Positions 25,501 to 38,084 of a stretch of DNA of 64,000 nt are shown piece after piece. The DNA lies in assembly GCA_013265495.1 (NCBI GenBank), contig MU057503.1:434001-498000 (forward strand), given 5' to 3'. This DNA comes from Vicugna vicugna (taxonomy: Eukaryota). Every line of letters starts with the position of its first letter. Positions within the stretch are counted from its first letter, which is position 1. Position numbers and translations under genes: made by a program. Under the pieces are notes generated by a model. That model saw only the letters and a list, made by a program, of their open reading frames with translations, searched no databases and was not told the DNA's origin.

Positions 25501-27000
25501 AGAATGCTTTTATTACAAAAAGTGGTCAAAACAGTGATGATACCAGAGGAGGGCTGCCGGAAGGAGATGCAGTCTTTAGACACTGCTCTCCAAGGACCCC
25601 CGGTGCTGAGAAGCGGTCTGCCTAAGAGAGAAGTGATTTCTAAAGATCAGTTTTGCGATTCCTCCTGACAGAGAAGCAGCAGGTAGACCTGATCTGTCCA
25701 TTGCTTCTGATCCTGCTCTTGTGCGGAACACTCAGAAGTGGGGCGACAGTGGGAATCATCAGGGTCACAGTGCTTGGGCCACTGGGACATGATTCCCTGG
25801 AGGAGGAACAGGGTGCACAGCATGAGAATGACCAGTCAACCAATTCAAAATCATTTTCATCAAATGGCCCTTGGGAGTGGGGGGCCTTGCCCAGATATTG
25901 GGGGGGGGGCTAAGCCTGCTGCTCCCTGACAGAGCTCTGATACTCACACGTTACTAGGAGTGGGCCTGGGGACAGTCACAGCCCATGGATCCCAGTGGAG
26001 GAATGGTCCTCAAATGAGGTATGGTGAACCGAATGCTACGAGGAGCTTCCTAAACGGCTCGATTCAACACTGCTTTGTGTGTGTCCCAGCACAGCATGTG
26101 GGGGAGAGCCAGCCATTCCAGAAATAAAAGCCCAGACTCTCACAGAGAAACTGCAAGCCACACCGGGGTGGGGGGGGGACCCTTGAAGACAACAGAGGAA
26201 CTGTTGACCCAAAGAAACACCTGTATTTCCATGAAAACACACTGATTTGGTGAGAAAACACAATTCAGGAATAAACTGTTACATAACAAAGGCTGAACTC
26301 CATCGGCCCAGGCACCGCTCCAGATGGCTGCCTGGCTGGTGTAGGCTATGGGGACAGTCTTGGCTGGACTAGGACACACAAATCCCTCGCCAAGGGCTTG
26401 GAAAGCCCCAGGCTGTTCTATGGAAGGGAAACAATTAAGATTCAGGGAATATCAAAAAAGAAAGAGGTCCCTGCCGCACCCTACCATCACCAAAAAAGAA
26501 GAGAGAGTGAGAGAGAGACACACACACACACACACACACACAGTGTTCCCTGAAGTAAAGCTCAGGCTTACTAGAGGGTGGGCACGTACATCTTCTGCAG
26601 CAGGACCCCAGCTTTCCAACGTGGCACTTTTAACCCATAAAGCTGGCAGCTTGGCAGGCTGAAGAGTCTTCTGCCTCTGGATAAAATAAATATGATGTAT
26701 GTGCCCCCAGCTGGGTGGTGGCCACCTAGGAGGCCCATGGAAGGAACCAACAAACACAACACTCAGTAGCAGCCTTTATGTTTTGTTCTTGTTGAGTATC
26801 GAGACCTGTTACTAAAGAGGAAACTGAAACCCAAGGGTCCTCCTGTAGCACAGCCAGAGGCCTCCGAGCAGCAAGCTCCCCACCTGGGCTGGGAAGAGGT
26901 GGCATCACCTGGAACTTGGCTGGAGCACTTCCCAGCCCCACCCTGCCAAGAGGCAGCCCCTCTTTCTTCCCTTCTGTCCTCCCAAAACCCTGGGCCGTTT
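22520..27000 (-). other. PPM1H: PPM1H 3' UTR (~4.5 kb)
   Basis: Sequence with no recognisable interspersed repeats between the stop codon and a canonical poly(A) signal with a U/GU-rich downstream element. The exact end is inferred. Confidence 0.8.
26498..26542. repeat. Compound (GA)n(CA)n microsatellite in the PPM1H 3' UTR
   Basis: gagagagtgagagagagacacacacacacacacacacacaca. Confidence 0.9.
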
Positions 27001-27148
27001 TCATGACAGTTTGTTTCCATGTATTAAAGGAATGACATATACAGAAATGTCGTCTCCTGAGCCCAGTCGGTCATTGGATATCCGCCATCCTCTGTCCTTC
27101 AGGACACCCCGGGCACGCATCACCAGGTCCTGAGCTGCCAGTGTGTAC
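27001..27148 (-). CDS. PPM1H: PPM1H terminal coding exon: (R)YTLAAQDLVMRARGVLKDRGWRISNDRLGSGDDISVYVIPLIHGNKLS*
   Basis: ctgcacag|G TAC ACA CTG ... CTG TCA TGA. Phase completes the AG|G Arg codon from the previous exon; has the PP2C C-terminal 'GSxDDIS' metal-ligand motif; stop TGA at 27003-27001. Confidence 0.97.
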
Positions 27149-27374
27149 CTGTGCAGGGAGAAGCAGGAAGGAGGCCATCAGGGTGGCATCGGGCAGCATC
27201 TGGGGTTGGGAGAGGCTGGGAAAGAGAATTTACAACAACTGTGTAAACACTTTTCAAAGACCTTTAAATTGGCAAAAGGTCTAGGCAATCTTTTCCCAAA
27301 ATGTGAGATGCCTAACGTGAAATTACTGTTTAGGTGGTAGATGGACAAGATACATTAAATAACCTCCTCACTCT

Positions 27375-28045
27375 CCCGCACTATTGATGGGAATGTAAAT
27401 CGTGGAAAGCACTGTGGAAAAGCATGGAGATTCCTTAAGAAACTAAAAATAGACTTACCATATGATCCAGCAATCTCACTCCTGGGCATATATCCAGAGG
27501 AAACTCTAATTCAAAAAGATACATGCACCCCAATGTTCACAGCAGCACTATTTACAATAGTCAAGAATGGAAGCAACTGTCCATCAACAGATGACTGGAT
27601 AAAGCAGTTGTGGAATATACATTGGAATACTACTCAGCCATAAAAAATAATGAAATAATGACGTGAAGTAAATCAGAAAGAGAAAGACAAATATCATATA
27701 ACTTATATGTGGAAACTAAAAAAAGATACAAATGAACTTATCTACAAAACACAGACTCACAGACATAGAAAACAAACTTATGGTTACTAAAGGGGGAAAG
27801 GGTGGAGGGTGGGTGTGGTAGGGATAAATTAGGAGTTTGGGATTTGCAGATACAAACTACCATAGATAAAGTAAACAACAAAGTCCTACTGTACAGCACA
27901 GGGAACTATATTCAATATCTTGTAATAACCTATAATAGAAAAGACTCTGAAAAAGAATATATATATGTATTACTGAATCACTTTGCTGTACACTTGAAAC
28001 TAAAACATTGTAAATCAACTACACTTCAATAAAAATTTTTAAAAA
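27375..28045 (+). mobile_element. LINE-1 3' end fragment (artiodactyl-type 3' UTR), antisense in PPM1H last intron
   Basis: ccatatgatccagcaatctcactcctgggcatatatccaga ... gtacagcacagggaactatattcaatatcttg ... taaatcaactacacttcaataaaa. Confidence 0.9.
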
Positions 28046-28414
28046 ATGTATGTCTGAGATATAACTTCATAGGGAAAGGCTACCAGCAATATCCAGTGAC
28101 ATTTATTATCCTGGTGAATGATCAGGGTCTGGACCTTAGCCTTTAATGTTCAGAAAGCTGGCTGAGGCAGTGAATTCATAGATTCATCTGTTAGGGCTGA
28201 ACACACCTTAACCTAGCTCAAGAGCAGACCAGACAAAATTATAGCAAGTTATGAGAAAAGGTGGCTGACAGCAAACAGAAGTTACTCAAAGATATTAAAA
28301 AACAGATAAAAAGAACTCAAGACTGGTCTCTGTGGCAACTCTAGAAGCAGATCAGTCTATAGGCTTCAACAGGTCCCACAGTCATGGGACGACTAAGAGG
28401 TGAAAACAAGGTTA

Positions 28415-29400
28415 AATGAAGGGGTTAATTTCCAAAATATACAAACAGCTCATACAACTCAATATTAAAAAAAAAAAATCAAAAAATGGGCAGAAGACCT
28501 AAATAGACATTTCTCCAAAGAAGACATACAGATGGCCAACTGGCATATGAAAAGATGCTCAACATCTCTAATTATTAAGGAAATACAAATCAAACACATA
28601 ATGAGGTACCACCTCACACCAGTCAGAATGGCCATCATCAAAAAGTCTACAAATAATAAATGCTGGAGAGGGTGTGGACAAAAGGAAACCCTTGTACACT
28701 GCTGATAGGAATGTAAATTGGTCCAGACACGCAGGAAAACAGTATGGCAGTTCTTTGAAAAACTAAAAATAGAGGTACCATATGATCCAGCAATTTCTAC
28801 TCCTGGGAAAGGATGAAAACTCTACTTTGAAAAGATACATGAACCCCAGTATTTGTAGCAGCAGTGTTTACAATAGCCAAGACATGGAAGCAACCTAACA
28901 GTCCATCATCAAATGAATGGATAAAGATGACATGGAATATATCTATAATAGAATATTACTCAGCCATTAAAAAAGAATGAAATAGTACCATTTGCAGCAA
29001 CATGGATGGACCTAAAGATTATCTTATTAAGTGAAGTAAGGCAGTCAGAGAAAGATAAATTATTATATGATATTGCTTATATGTGAAACCTAAAAAAATG
29101 ATACAAATGAAATCTACAAAACAGAAATAGATTCACAGGTAGAGAAAACAAACTTATGGTTGCCAAAGGGGAAAGGAGGGGAAGGGATAAATTAGGAGTT
29201 TGGGATTAACAGAGACACACTATATATAGAAAATAGATAAACAACAAGGTCCTACTGTAGAGCACAGGGACTCATATTCAGTATCTTGCAATAACCTATA
29301 ATGAAAAAGAATCTGGAAAATATATTTAACTGAATCATTTTGCTACACACCTGAAACTAACACAATATTGTAAATCAACTATACTTCAATAAAAAAAGTT
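28415..29400 (+). mobile_element. Second LINE-1 3' end fragment (ORF2 C-terminus plus 3' UTR)
   Basis: aaaaaatgggcagaagacctaaatagacatttctccaaagaagacatacagatggccaac ... taaatcaactatacttcaataaaaaaa. Confidence 0.92.
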
Positions 29401-30299
29401 AAAATCAAAACAATGCCTACCTTGTTTTATTTGAATCACATAGGAGTACTGTCCATAGTTAAAGGCAAGAGACCACCTGATACTGCTATTACTGGTGGCT
29501 TTGGGTATCGAAAATAAAAATCGTCAAAATTAGCTTTGGTGTTTTGGTTTTTTTTTTTCCTTTAGCTTTGGTATTTTAAAAAGCAGCATTAGGTCACGCA
29601 GAAAACATGGTTACCCAGGAAACCCAAGGGCTCTGGAAGATTAAGGTTTTATTCTTAAAAATGGTTACTGTCTATTCCAAGATAGCTTCCCTAAGCCTGC
29701 ATTTCTGTTTACCATCCATTCTCTCTTTCTTAGATGCTGAACTCCCTGAGAGAACTCCTTTCTTGCTTCCTCAGTTTCTTACTTCCATTTTCCTTCCTGA
29801 ATCTCTTACCAGTAAGCCCAGTACTCTACTAATCTGGCCTCCTACACCTTGACCTAAAGCTGCTTCTCTGAACTCATTCTGCTCAGCCTTTCTCCAGCAC
29901 AAATGCTACACTGTGGACCATCTCCTTTATCCGTGGCATCTCCTGCCTTTTCTTCTTGAATTCTCCTTTTTTTTTTTTGGCAGTGGTGTGGGGCCGGGGC
30001 AGGGGGTTCCACACCACTATATACACTTCAAGTTCTCCTCCAATGTCTGACCTTACATGACAAGTGGTACAAGTTCTTCTTACTTTTCCTGGTAGTCCCC
30101 AATTAAAACTCAGGGACAGTCAATAAATGTTAATTTATTTTCACTTCCAAGGTGGGACTTCCCCATCCATGATCCTTAATTAATGCTGCTCCCAGTCTCT
30201 TAGGCAAGTAATAGCCATTTTCAATGCTACCTTCACACCCTGATATTCACCAGTGATAAAATCCACAAGGCAATGTAGGACTTCTAAACGCTATTCATT

Positions 30300-31560
30300 T
30301 AAGTGTGTTTCGTTATTGGTAGATGGCTAGTAAAAATAAAATCTAATCTCTGTCGTTATTAAGATACACATTAAATCTGTTTATTGTAAAAACTGCTATT
30401 CTGAATTTATTTTTGCCATCATTCACACATGCATACACATAAAATTTATTTGTATTTTCTACTTACTATGCTTTTCTTTCCTTTGTTCTTGCTTTCTGTC
30501 AGGTTGATTGCTTTCTTAATACCTTTTTCCTCCCTCTACTGGTTTAGAAGTGATTATTTCTCCTCTTTCAGCAGTTTAAGCTTTTAATATATAAGTTAAT
30601 CAGTATTGTGTCCTCTGGAAAATAAAAGGATCTTAGAATGCCTTCTTTCATCTTTCATGTAATTGCCTAGTATTTTAATTTCACCTTATTTTTAAGTTCC
30701 TATTAGTCATTATTATAATTTATAATCTATATTTAATGTAAATAAACCAACATACTAACTTCTTTGCCTTTTGAAGTCCACTCCTTCCTTCTGGGTTTGA
30801 TTTCCTACTGTTGAAGTACATATTTAGTACTTTTTTTTTTTAAAGTAATTCTTTTAACAATGGTCTTTGAGGGATAAACTCACCAAGTTTTGGGGCCACA
30901 AAAATGTTTGGTTTTGCCTTTAATCTTGGATCACAGCTTTCTTGGGTACAGAATTCTAAACTGACCTTTGTTTTCCATTAGCAGTTTGGAGATAATATTC
31001 CATCTTTTCTGACTTCTCTCGCTGAGAAGTGTGCCCTATTTCATTTTTTTAATAAGACACTGTATTTTCTCATCAATCACTTATTAAATTGTTACTGTTG
31101 ATGGTATGAACTTCCTCCAAGATGTAACAATGATTTCTTTTTATTTATTTGGAAATTAGTTTCACTCCTTCAAACTGAGAAGATTATTTCTGGTTCTGCA
31201 AAAATTCTCAACCATGAACTTCTTGAATCTTGCCTTGCCTCTATTTTTTATTTTTTCTACATACTTTTGTATTTTCTCCTATTAGGTCTTTCTCATTTTA
31301 CCTTCCACATTTTAACTTCTTCCCTGTTTTTTTTTTTAAATCTCTCAGTAATATCTTTCAGTTCACTAATTCACACTTTAGCAGTTTACTATTCAATCCA
31401 TTCAAGGAGTGACTTTATTTCAGTGACATATTTCACCATTGCATTTGGTTCTTTTCCACATCTCCTTTTTCTTACCGTATGGTCCTATCTGTGCATGTTA
31501 AAAGTTCCTCTCAATCTGTTCTGTTAGGTTTTCTTTGTGGGGGATAGAGGGAAGGCTGTT
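30300..31560 (-). mobile_element. Very old L1ME/HAL1-like fragment
   Basis: T-rich degenerate sequence with motifs such as ttgggtacagaattcta and tattccatctttttctgacttc, typical of antisense ancient L1 ORF1 regions. Confidence 0.55.
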
Positions 31561-32379
31561 ATTTCTAGTTATAGACCCTAGGGTATCTACAAAGGGTTCT
31601 AAATTTGCCTTGATTGGGGGGCACACTACGGGTTCTTCCGGTTCTAGAACACGTTTCATGTGAATTTCTTGGCTTAGGATCCCCATACCACAGGAGTGGG
31701 GTGAGGTCTAACCCCACACTTGCCCTGCATGGTGGGCCTACCGGCCATTCCCCCTCCTCCAAGAACCTCAGTTTCATCAGGTTCTCACTCTCATCCATGC
31801 ACACACGTGCTACAGGAAGGCCCGCCGGACTGAGCAGGAAGCTGAGGGAGAAGGCGAGAAGCACTGCCCCCGACACTTGCCCGGAGCTCGGGGTCCTGCC
31901 TGTGACTTCTCTCTGCCGGGCTTCCCTAGGGAAGGGGACGTCCCCCTGTGAGAGAGCAGCCTGCGTGGACAACTGGGGGGCACTGATTTAGATGCTTTCA
32001 GTAACTGAACAGTGCTGCTGAACCCTAGGACCGGTTTCCTGTCTCCTTCATGCTGTAGGAGACCCAGTATTGAAATGAAGCCAGAAACAGCATTTCGGGT
32101 AAATGAGGCCACGTGCAGGGAGCTCCTCCTCATACGCAGATCAGTCCAAGAAGGCTTTTACCCCAGCTCCAGTCTCAGCCGGGCCGGGGGCCACGTTAGA
32201 CCTCGTCTCATCCCTGTCAAGCGCCGGCTTGCTCCAGGCATGAAGCCACTCGTAAGGCTGCTTTCCGTCAAGACTGGTGCCAGAAGAAAAGCAGAAACGT
32301 CTTCTCTGGAGGGAAAGAACCGCTTCTCCTCTCTCCCGTTTCTTCCTCCTCCAGTTTCTACCTGACAAGGGCTGCCTGG

Positions 32380-33200
32380 GGCGGTGACAACGGACGAGAC
32401 TGCTCATGTGGCAGTGCCACAGGCGCGCTCCCCGAGCTCAGGCCTGAGGCCGAACACCGGGGCGCCCGTGCGTGAGCCACACCCGCGGGGCGCGGGGAGC
32501 GGCGGCACCGAACACAGGCACGGAACACGCAGGGAGGAGGGGCGCGGGGGGGCGGCGGCGCAGCGGCAGGCAGGGAACGGGACCGGGGGCCGCGGAGGGG
32601 CCGGGCCGGACCCAAGGCCTCCTTCAGAACGTGGGTCAGACCGCGGCACAGAAGGGCGGAGGCTGCGAAGTTCCTCACGCTCTCCCAGCCAAGAGGCTCC
32701 CTGGGAGACAAGTTTTGTATTTGGAGAGCGTTTTTCTTCTCTGGCTGAGGCCTTCAGTATTGACAGGCCGAGCCCTGCCGAAGGGACGGCCGCCGGGAGG
32801 GACCTGACGTGGCAGCTGCCGCGCAGGGCCGGGCCCTGGGCTTCTTCGGGCCGAGGCGGGGGGAGGGAAAGCCGCAAAGGAAGAGGGGCTGAGGGACCAT
32901 GGAAGGGCTACGGGCTCTTTCCACAGCCACCGACACCGGAGTCAGGGTGGAAGGAGACAGGAGCATGACTCCTCAGTGGCCTCTGGGGTCCCGGCCGTCT
33001 GGGGCGCGTCCTCGCCCTCGCGCCTCTGCGGCGGGGCCTGCGAAGCGCTCGGGCTGGGGGCGTGGGCTGCCCGGGGACCCCCGGCTGCACCGCGCCCACC
33101 TGGGAGCCCTGGAGAAACTCCTGAGCCTCTCGGAGCCCCTCCTTGCTTGTAAACTGGGGATAAGGACAGTGCGGGCCTCAAAGCGCCGAGATAAAGGAGA
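32380..33200. promoter_or_regulatory. Intronic CpG-island-like segment in the PPM1H last intron
   Basis: Very high GC and CpG density, GC-box motifs (gggcgg), TGACGTGG at ~32805, G-rich plus strand. Confidence 0.7.
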
Positions 33201-36200
33201 CTCTTCCTCTGACATTCAGCGGCCCCTAGTTGGTCAGGGGTCAGTACACGTTAGCCATCATTTTCCTCTTTATGAGGAAATCTCCCTGCATGTGGCTTCA
33301 TTTACCCTAAATGCTGTTTCTGACTTCATTTCCTCTCTCCCTGCCTCCCTTGCCAGAAGTCATCCACCTTTTAGAGAGTCTGTTTCCACAAGACCACAGC
33401 TGAATCAGCACTGGAATGTCAAAATAAGTCCGTTTCAGGCCTTAAGCTGTAACCATGCCTGAAAGTCTCCCAACAGTTCTAGCTGGGTGGGAACTTCTGT
33501 TTGCCATTTGGATGGTACAGACAGGGTCTTACAAGAGGGAGGGTAGGTGGCAGGAACTGGGGAATTAATGGGTTCCGAATATTTGCATTTTAAAGACAGA
33601 CTCCATCTGCGGAGCGGGGCAGTAACAGAGTGATGGGAACAGGAGAAAGAATCCTCTTTGCATTCTGAGCAGGCCTCTTACGTTTAAGAGGCAGAAAAGC
33701 TCTCCCAAGCTTCGGAACCTTGGCAGGGATCTATGGTGACTGGGTAGCTGGGGGGCGGCTTGGAGGGGGCTCTCTGTTGCTGGGAACCAGGCAGCTTGTC
33801 CTGGGAGGAGGCACCTCTTAGGCGCACTGCTGGGAGCTGAGCAACATGTGCCCCTTGTCTGGCTCTGAAGCCACTGAAGATGCTCACAGCAGGTTCTGCG
33901 CAGGGACTTCACTCAGGCAGACACTGGAACAATGACAGCTGCTGTCTGTAACACTGTCACTGTGTCCACTGGGAGTCAGCGGGCACAAGGCCACAGATGA
34001 GGAGGGCTCATCTACCCTCCTGGAGAAGGTTAGAACACCCACCAGGGGTCCTCCACCTCTAGGCCCCCGGCACCAGCTCCCTGGTTTCTTAGGTGGTGCA
34101 TGTTCATTTTAGTTCAAATCCCAAAGAGCAACATTTCAGTATGAGGGGGCATAACAGTTTTCTTCTCCATCCTCTCTGGCAAGCCCTTTAAATGCCCTCA
34201 TGTTCCAACTAAGTGGCCACACAGCTCTGCTCCAGCGGCCCCAAGGAAGGAAAGAGGGGGCTGGCAGTGGGCTGTTTGAGGCTGCCAAGGGCAGGGTGGT
34301 GGCTGACTTCCACATTCCCGTGGATCTGAATATGCTAAATATTGCAAAAGAAACAAAAATACAGATTTTATCTAGTCTTGGAACACCAGCTAAAACACCC
34401 ATTTGTTCTTAAAACCTGTAATGGGTATGAGGGTGGGGCTGGGGCAAACCCTTCCTTTTTGCATCTGAGGCATACTTTTTCAAAACCACACAGCACAGGG
34501 AGAAATTAGTTCAGCTAGCTCACAGAAAGTTTTCATTAAAAGAACCTTTGTCTTTTGCCAAAGTGAGTTTCATATATGTTATCAAGGTGATACAAACAAG
34601 CATTTCAGACCCGCATTAGTTTCCTGCTGTCAGTGCTGTGGGTGTTTTACTAGTAACTTTCCACTGACAAGCTCTTCCTTAGCAAGGCCCACGGTTATCC
34701 GAGCTGAGGAGAGCATGGGTACGGAGCACGACAAGTGACGCCCGGCTGTCAAGGCTCCCTCGTTAGGGAGAAGCTCCGTGGAGCTTCCAGGATGTTGGTG
34801 CTTAGAAGTAATGCCCCGTGATAAGCCCCTCCAGTCATGGCAGGGGGACCAAGGGTCGTTAGGTCCAAGTTACCACGACGAGGTTTCCACAGACAGGTTT
34901 TGGGAAATGAAGAGCAGGCAAAAGAAGCCTTGCCAAGCCTCTCCTGGGCATCTGGAATGCGACTCCATGCCATGTCTTCACATGTGGTTAACTGTTCCTT
35001 GGCCCGGGGTCCACTCAGCATTGCCCACACTTTCCTCCTTTAGTAATATTCAGTTTATTTCTTCCCAACAAATTATTAAGCATCTTCTTTGCATGTTTAC
35101 ATACTTGCCTCCATTTTGAACAGTCTTTCCAGGAGACCTACCACTAAACCTCCAGCCTTACAGAGGGGATAGTCAATCCGAGACTTTTTGCCTCAGAAGA
35201 CCCCTTCCAGGCCTTTCTCTGAGGACCCTCCTTAAATTTTGCAGGATATTTAGGCCTCAGAAAAGAATCTTACTGGAATTAGTATAGAGAGCGACACGTG
35301 GTACAGCCCAACCTCCATGAATTCCGTCCACCCCACTCGAGGGTGTTAGCTTGGTATATTTCAGCGGTTCATTTCATGACCCCACAAAGCTTGTGCAGAA
35401 CCGTCACCTCTGCTACACTTCAGGAAAATAAAAGAAAGAAAAGACCCAACTGCACTCACATTCTGGCTTGTCCACAAAGCCTCCTTTTAATTTTCTGGTT
35501 CCTTTGTCAAGACAGTTCAAAACAGCAAAAGGACTTAACAAGCCACCCTGAGGTCAGGAAGGCCCTACAGCTCATTTGAACCCCACCTCTGCCCGAGAGG
35601 ACGGTGTGAGGGTCAGGATTTCACAAGCATCATCTTTCTCTGAATCACCTCTTCCCTCACAAAGCACCCTGGAGGGGGAGATGCTGTTTTAAATCTCGTA
35701 TAGGGAAGGACGTCATCAGGGAACAACAATACTAGCAATCTGTCGAGAATGGCTGCCACGAAGAGGAAAAGAAAAAGAAAAAACCTACCCGTACCATCAA
35801 CAAAAGCCACATAATCAAGTGGCAAAACCTGAAAGTACGTCCTGTCCCAGGGCTAAAGCCCTGCCTCCTCCTGTCCTGAATTTCTGGACAAAACCGGGCA
35901 AACTCAGCAAAACTCCAGGGGGAACAGGCCCATTCAGAGTGTCAGATGAAGACACATTTTGTTCTTCTCGCCTTGTTGCCCTGTGTCTCCCCCAGGCAGC
36001 CCACCCTGGGGGGCACACCTTCCCATTCTCAGTTTCTATCAAACAGTCGTCTGGCCTGGTGAGCTCCCTCCATCTCCCCGACTCGTGTGTTCAGCAGGCA
36101 AACCTGTGGTCCTGGCCACAGCGGACAAGTGGATCCTTCCGGCTGGGAAGGAACTCACAGAGCCTCGGGGATGATGGCGGGGCTTTCGTCATCACAGAAG

Positions 36201-37879
36201 TTATGCCTCAGGCTAAAATGTATTAGGATGACTCTTACTCCTATTTCTTTTCTGCATGACAAGATCAGAACAGCTCCCAGTCAGGAGGCACCGCCAGGGA
36301 ACCCACTGCCACGACTTTGGTGTTGAACTCCCCACGGGCCTCCCAAGGAGACACACTAGGCCTGGGTGTGAGCGTGGTGCCCTCCTTCCCAGTTACACGC
36401 AGACACGTGCAAACACGTCACACACAGGAATGACATTGTTTTACATAATTCCTAAGTCGTGAGTTTCAAATAAATTAAGTTTCTCTGATTTCCCAGTATG
36501 GCTTAAATTACTAAGGAGCCCAGGAGTAGAGAAGCAGTCCACATCTCATGTTTTCATCATCGGATTGCACAGACTATTTTCTGATTATGAATCAGAATGA
36601 AGGAAGCACACAGAGTCCATATCATTATCACAGACTCCCCGTCCTCCAGCTAGTCTTCGCGTTTATTCATCTTGTGAGGGCTTAAGGTCCAATGTGAGCT
36701 GACCCATTAATCTCACACGTCATCCGCTGACACTAGCCCACTGGAAGCCCAGCCAGCCACACTGACTGCTGGGCTCCTCGAAGGCAACACGTTCTCTGAA
36801 GGCAACACTGAGGCCTCCCCAGCCCGCACTGCCTGGCGCACACGCATTTGTTCCTCAGGTTTAAGTTTAGATGTCCCCTCTGGAGGGAAGCTTTCTTGGC
36901 TGTCCCTTGTGCTGCCTACTTAATCATCCATATTGTAACTTCCATATGCTTCCGTAACCTCTAGATTTTAAACTCCAAGAGGGCAGGGACCTCGTCTGTT
37001 TTCTTCACAGATTCTTCCCCAGTGTCTAGCAGGCTTGTAAAATAGGTCCTCAGTATTTCCCAGATAATCAATCTAAGTGGGAGTTATTTGGCAAAGAAGG
37101 CACCCCCCCCCACATAAGGTCTCAAGATTTCAAAAACCAACCAGAATTTTTCGACTCTCCAGCTGGATATTCCATCTCTTAGCAACGAAACTGTGCCCAT
37201 CTTAAAACTTTCCCCTTCACTCATTCATCTCTCAGATACAGGATTCTTTCTCAGGCTTTGGTTTGCCATCTTCCCTACAAGGCAAATTCAAAACCTTTTT
37301 CCTTCCTGCCCTTCTGTTCCATGGAGATCCCTGTAAGCCCTGCCACTGCAGGTCACAGGTCTCACGAACCTAGGAACCCACTCTGACCTGGCATGCACCT
37401 GCCCAGCGACAGCACTGCCCATAGGTTACCCACCCTTGGAGGGCAGACTTGTTGCCATGGAGAGACAGGGGCTGGTAAGCAAAACCAAGCCAGCTTGGAG
37501 AGATTAAAAAAAAAAAAAAAGCATTGGGTTCCTTTTCACTCATACTTGTCTGCTGGCTTTGCAAAGCTTTATGCAAATGATACAGTACAGAAAATCAACA
37601 AGAGAATGTTGCTAACAAGCAGGACATAAAACACAGATTGAAACTAATAGCTCAACAGGAAAAAAATTCGTTCAAATTCAAATAAACGAATCTTATTGTT
37701 TACAGTACCATCCATTCCTCTGCACCTGAGCCAAATTACACCAAACAATTCTAGAAAGAATAACTAGCTTTAAGTTTTTCCTGAAGGGATTTTTTTGGTT
37801 GTTATGAAATATGTTGAAACATAAAAATAGCAACAAACATAGAATAACAATCACAAATACCCAATAGTGCTTCTGCATC

Positions 37880-38070
37880 CCAGGCGCTCCACTTACAAAC
37901 ATGCGGGAGGTTAGGACTACTGGAATCCCCATTTTACAGATGAGGAATCTGAGGCACTAAGAGGTTAAGAAACTTCCCCAAGGTCATAAAGTCTAGAAGG
38001 GGCAGAACCAAGATTTAACCTCAAGCAGTGTAACTAGGTCCATGCCATTAACCACTGGACTACAGTGCCT
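37880..38070 (-). mobile_element. MIR SINE; other MIR-like remnants at ~1280-1490, 33090-33260, 45380-45560, 49950-50200, 56480-56610, 57585-57720, 58180-58370, 59600-59790
   Basis: atccccattttacagatgaggaatctgaggcactaagaggttaagaaacttccccaaggtca: MIR core. Confidence 0.85.
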
Positions 38071-38084
38071 CACAGCTGACATAC

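Noticed and set aside
32384..33462. Long overlapping ORFs (194, 187 and 157 aa) in the GC-rich block
   Set aside because: Low-complexity Gly/Arg/Pro/Ala translations open in several frames on both strands, as expected from stop-codon scarcity in GC-rich DNA; no recognisable domain.
37451..37464. RFX X-box-like GTTGCCATGGAGAG in the last intron
   Set aside because: Only one good half-site, isolated; too weak without conservation or binding data.
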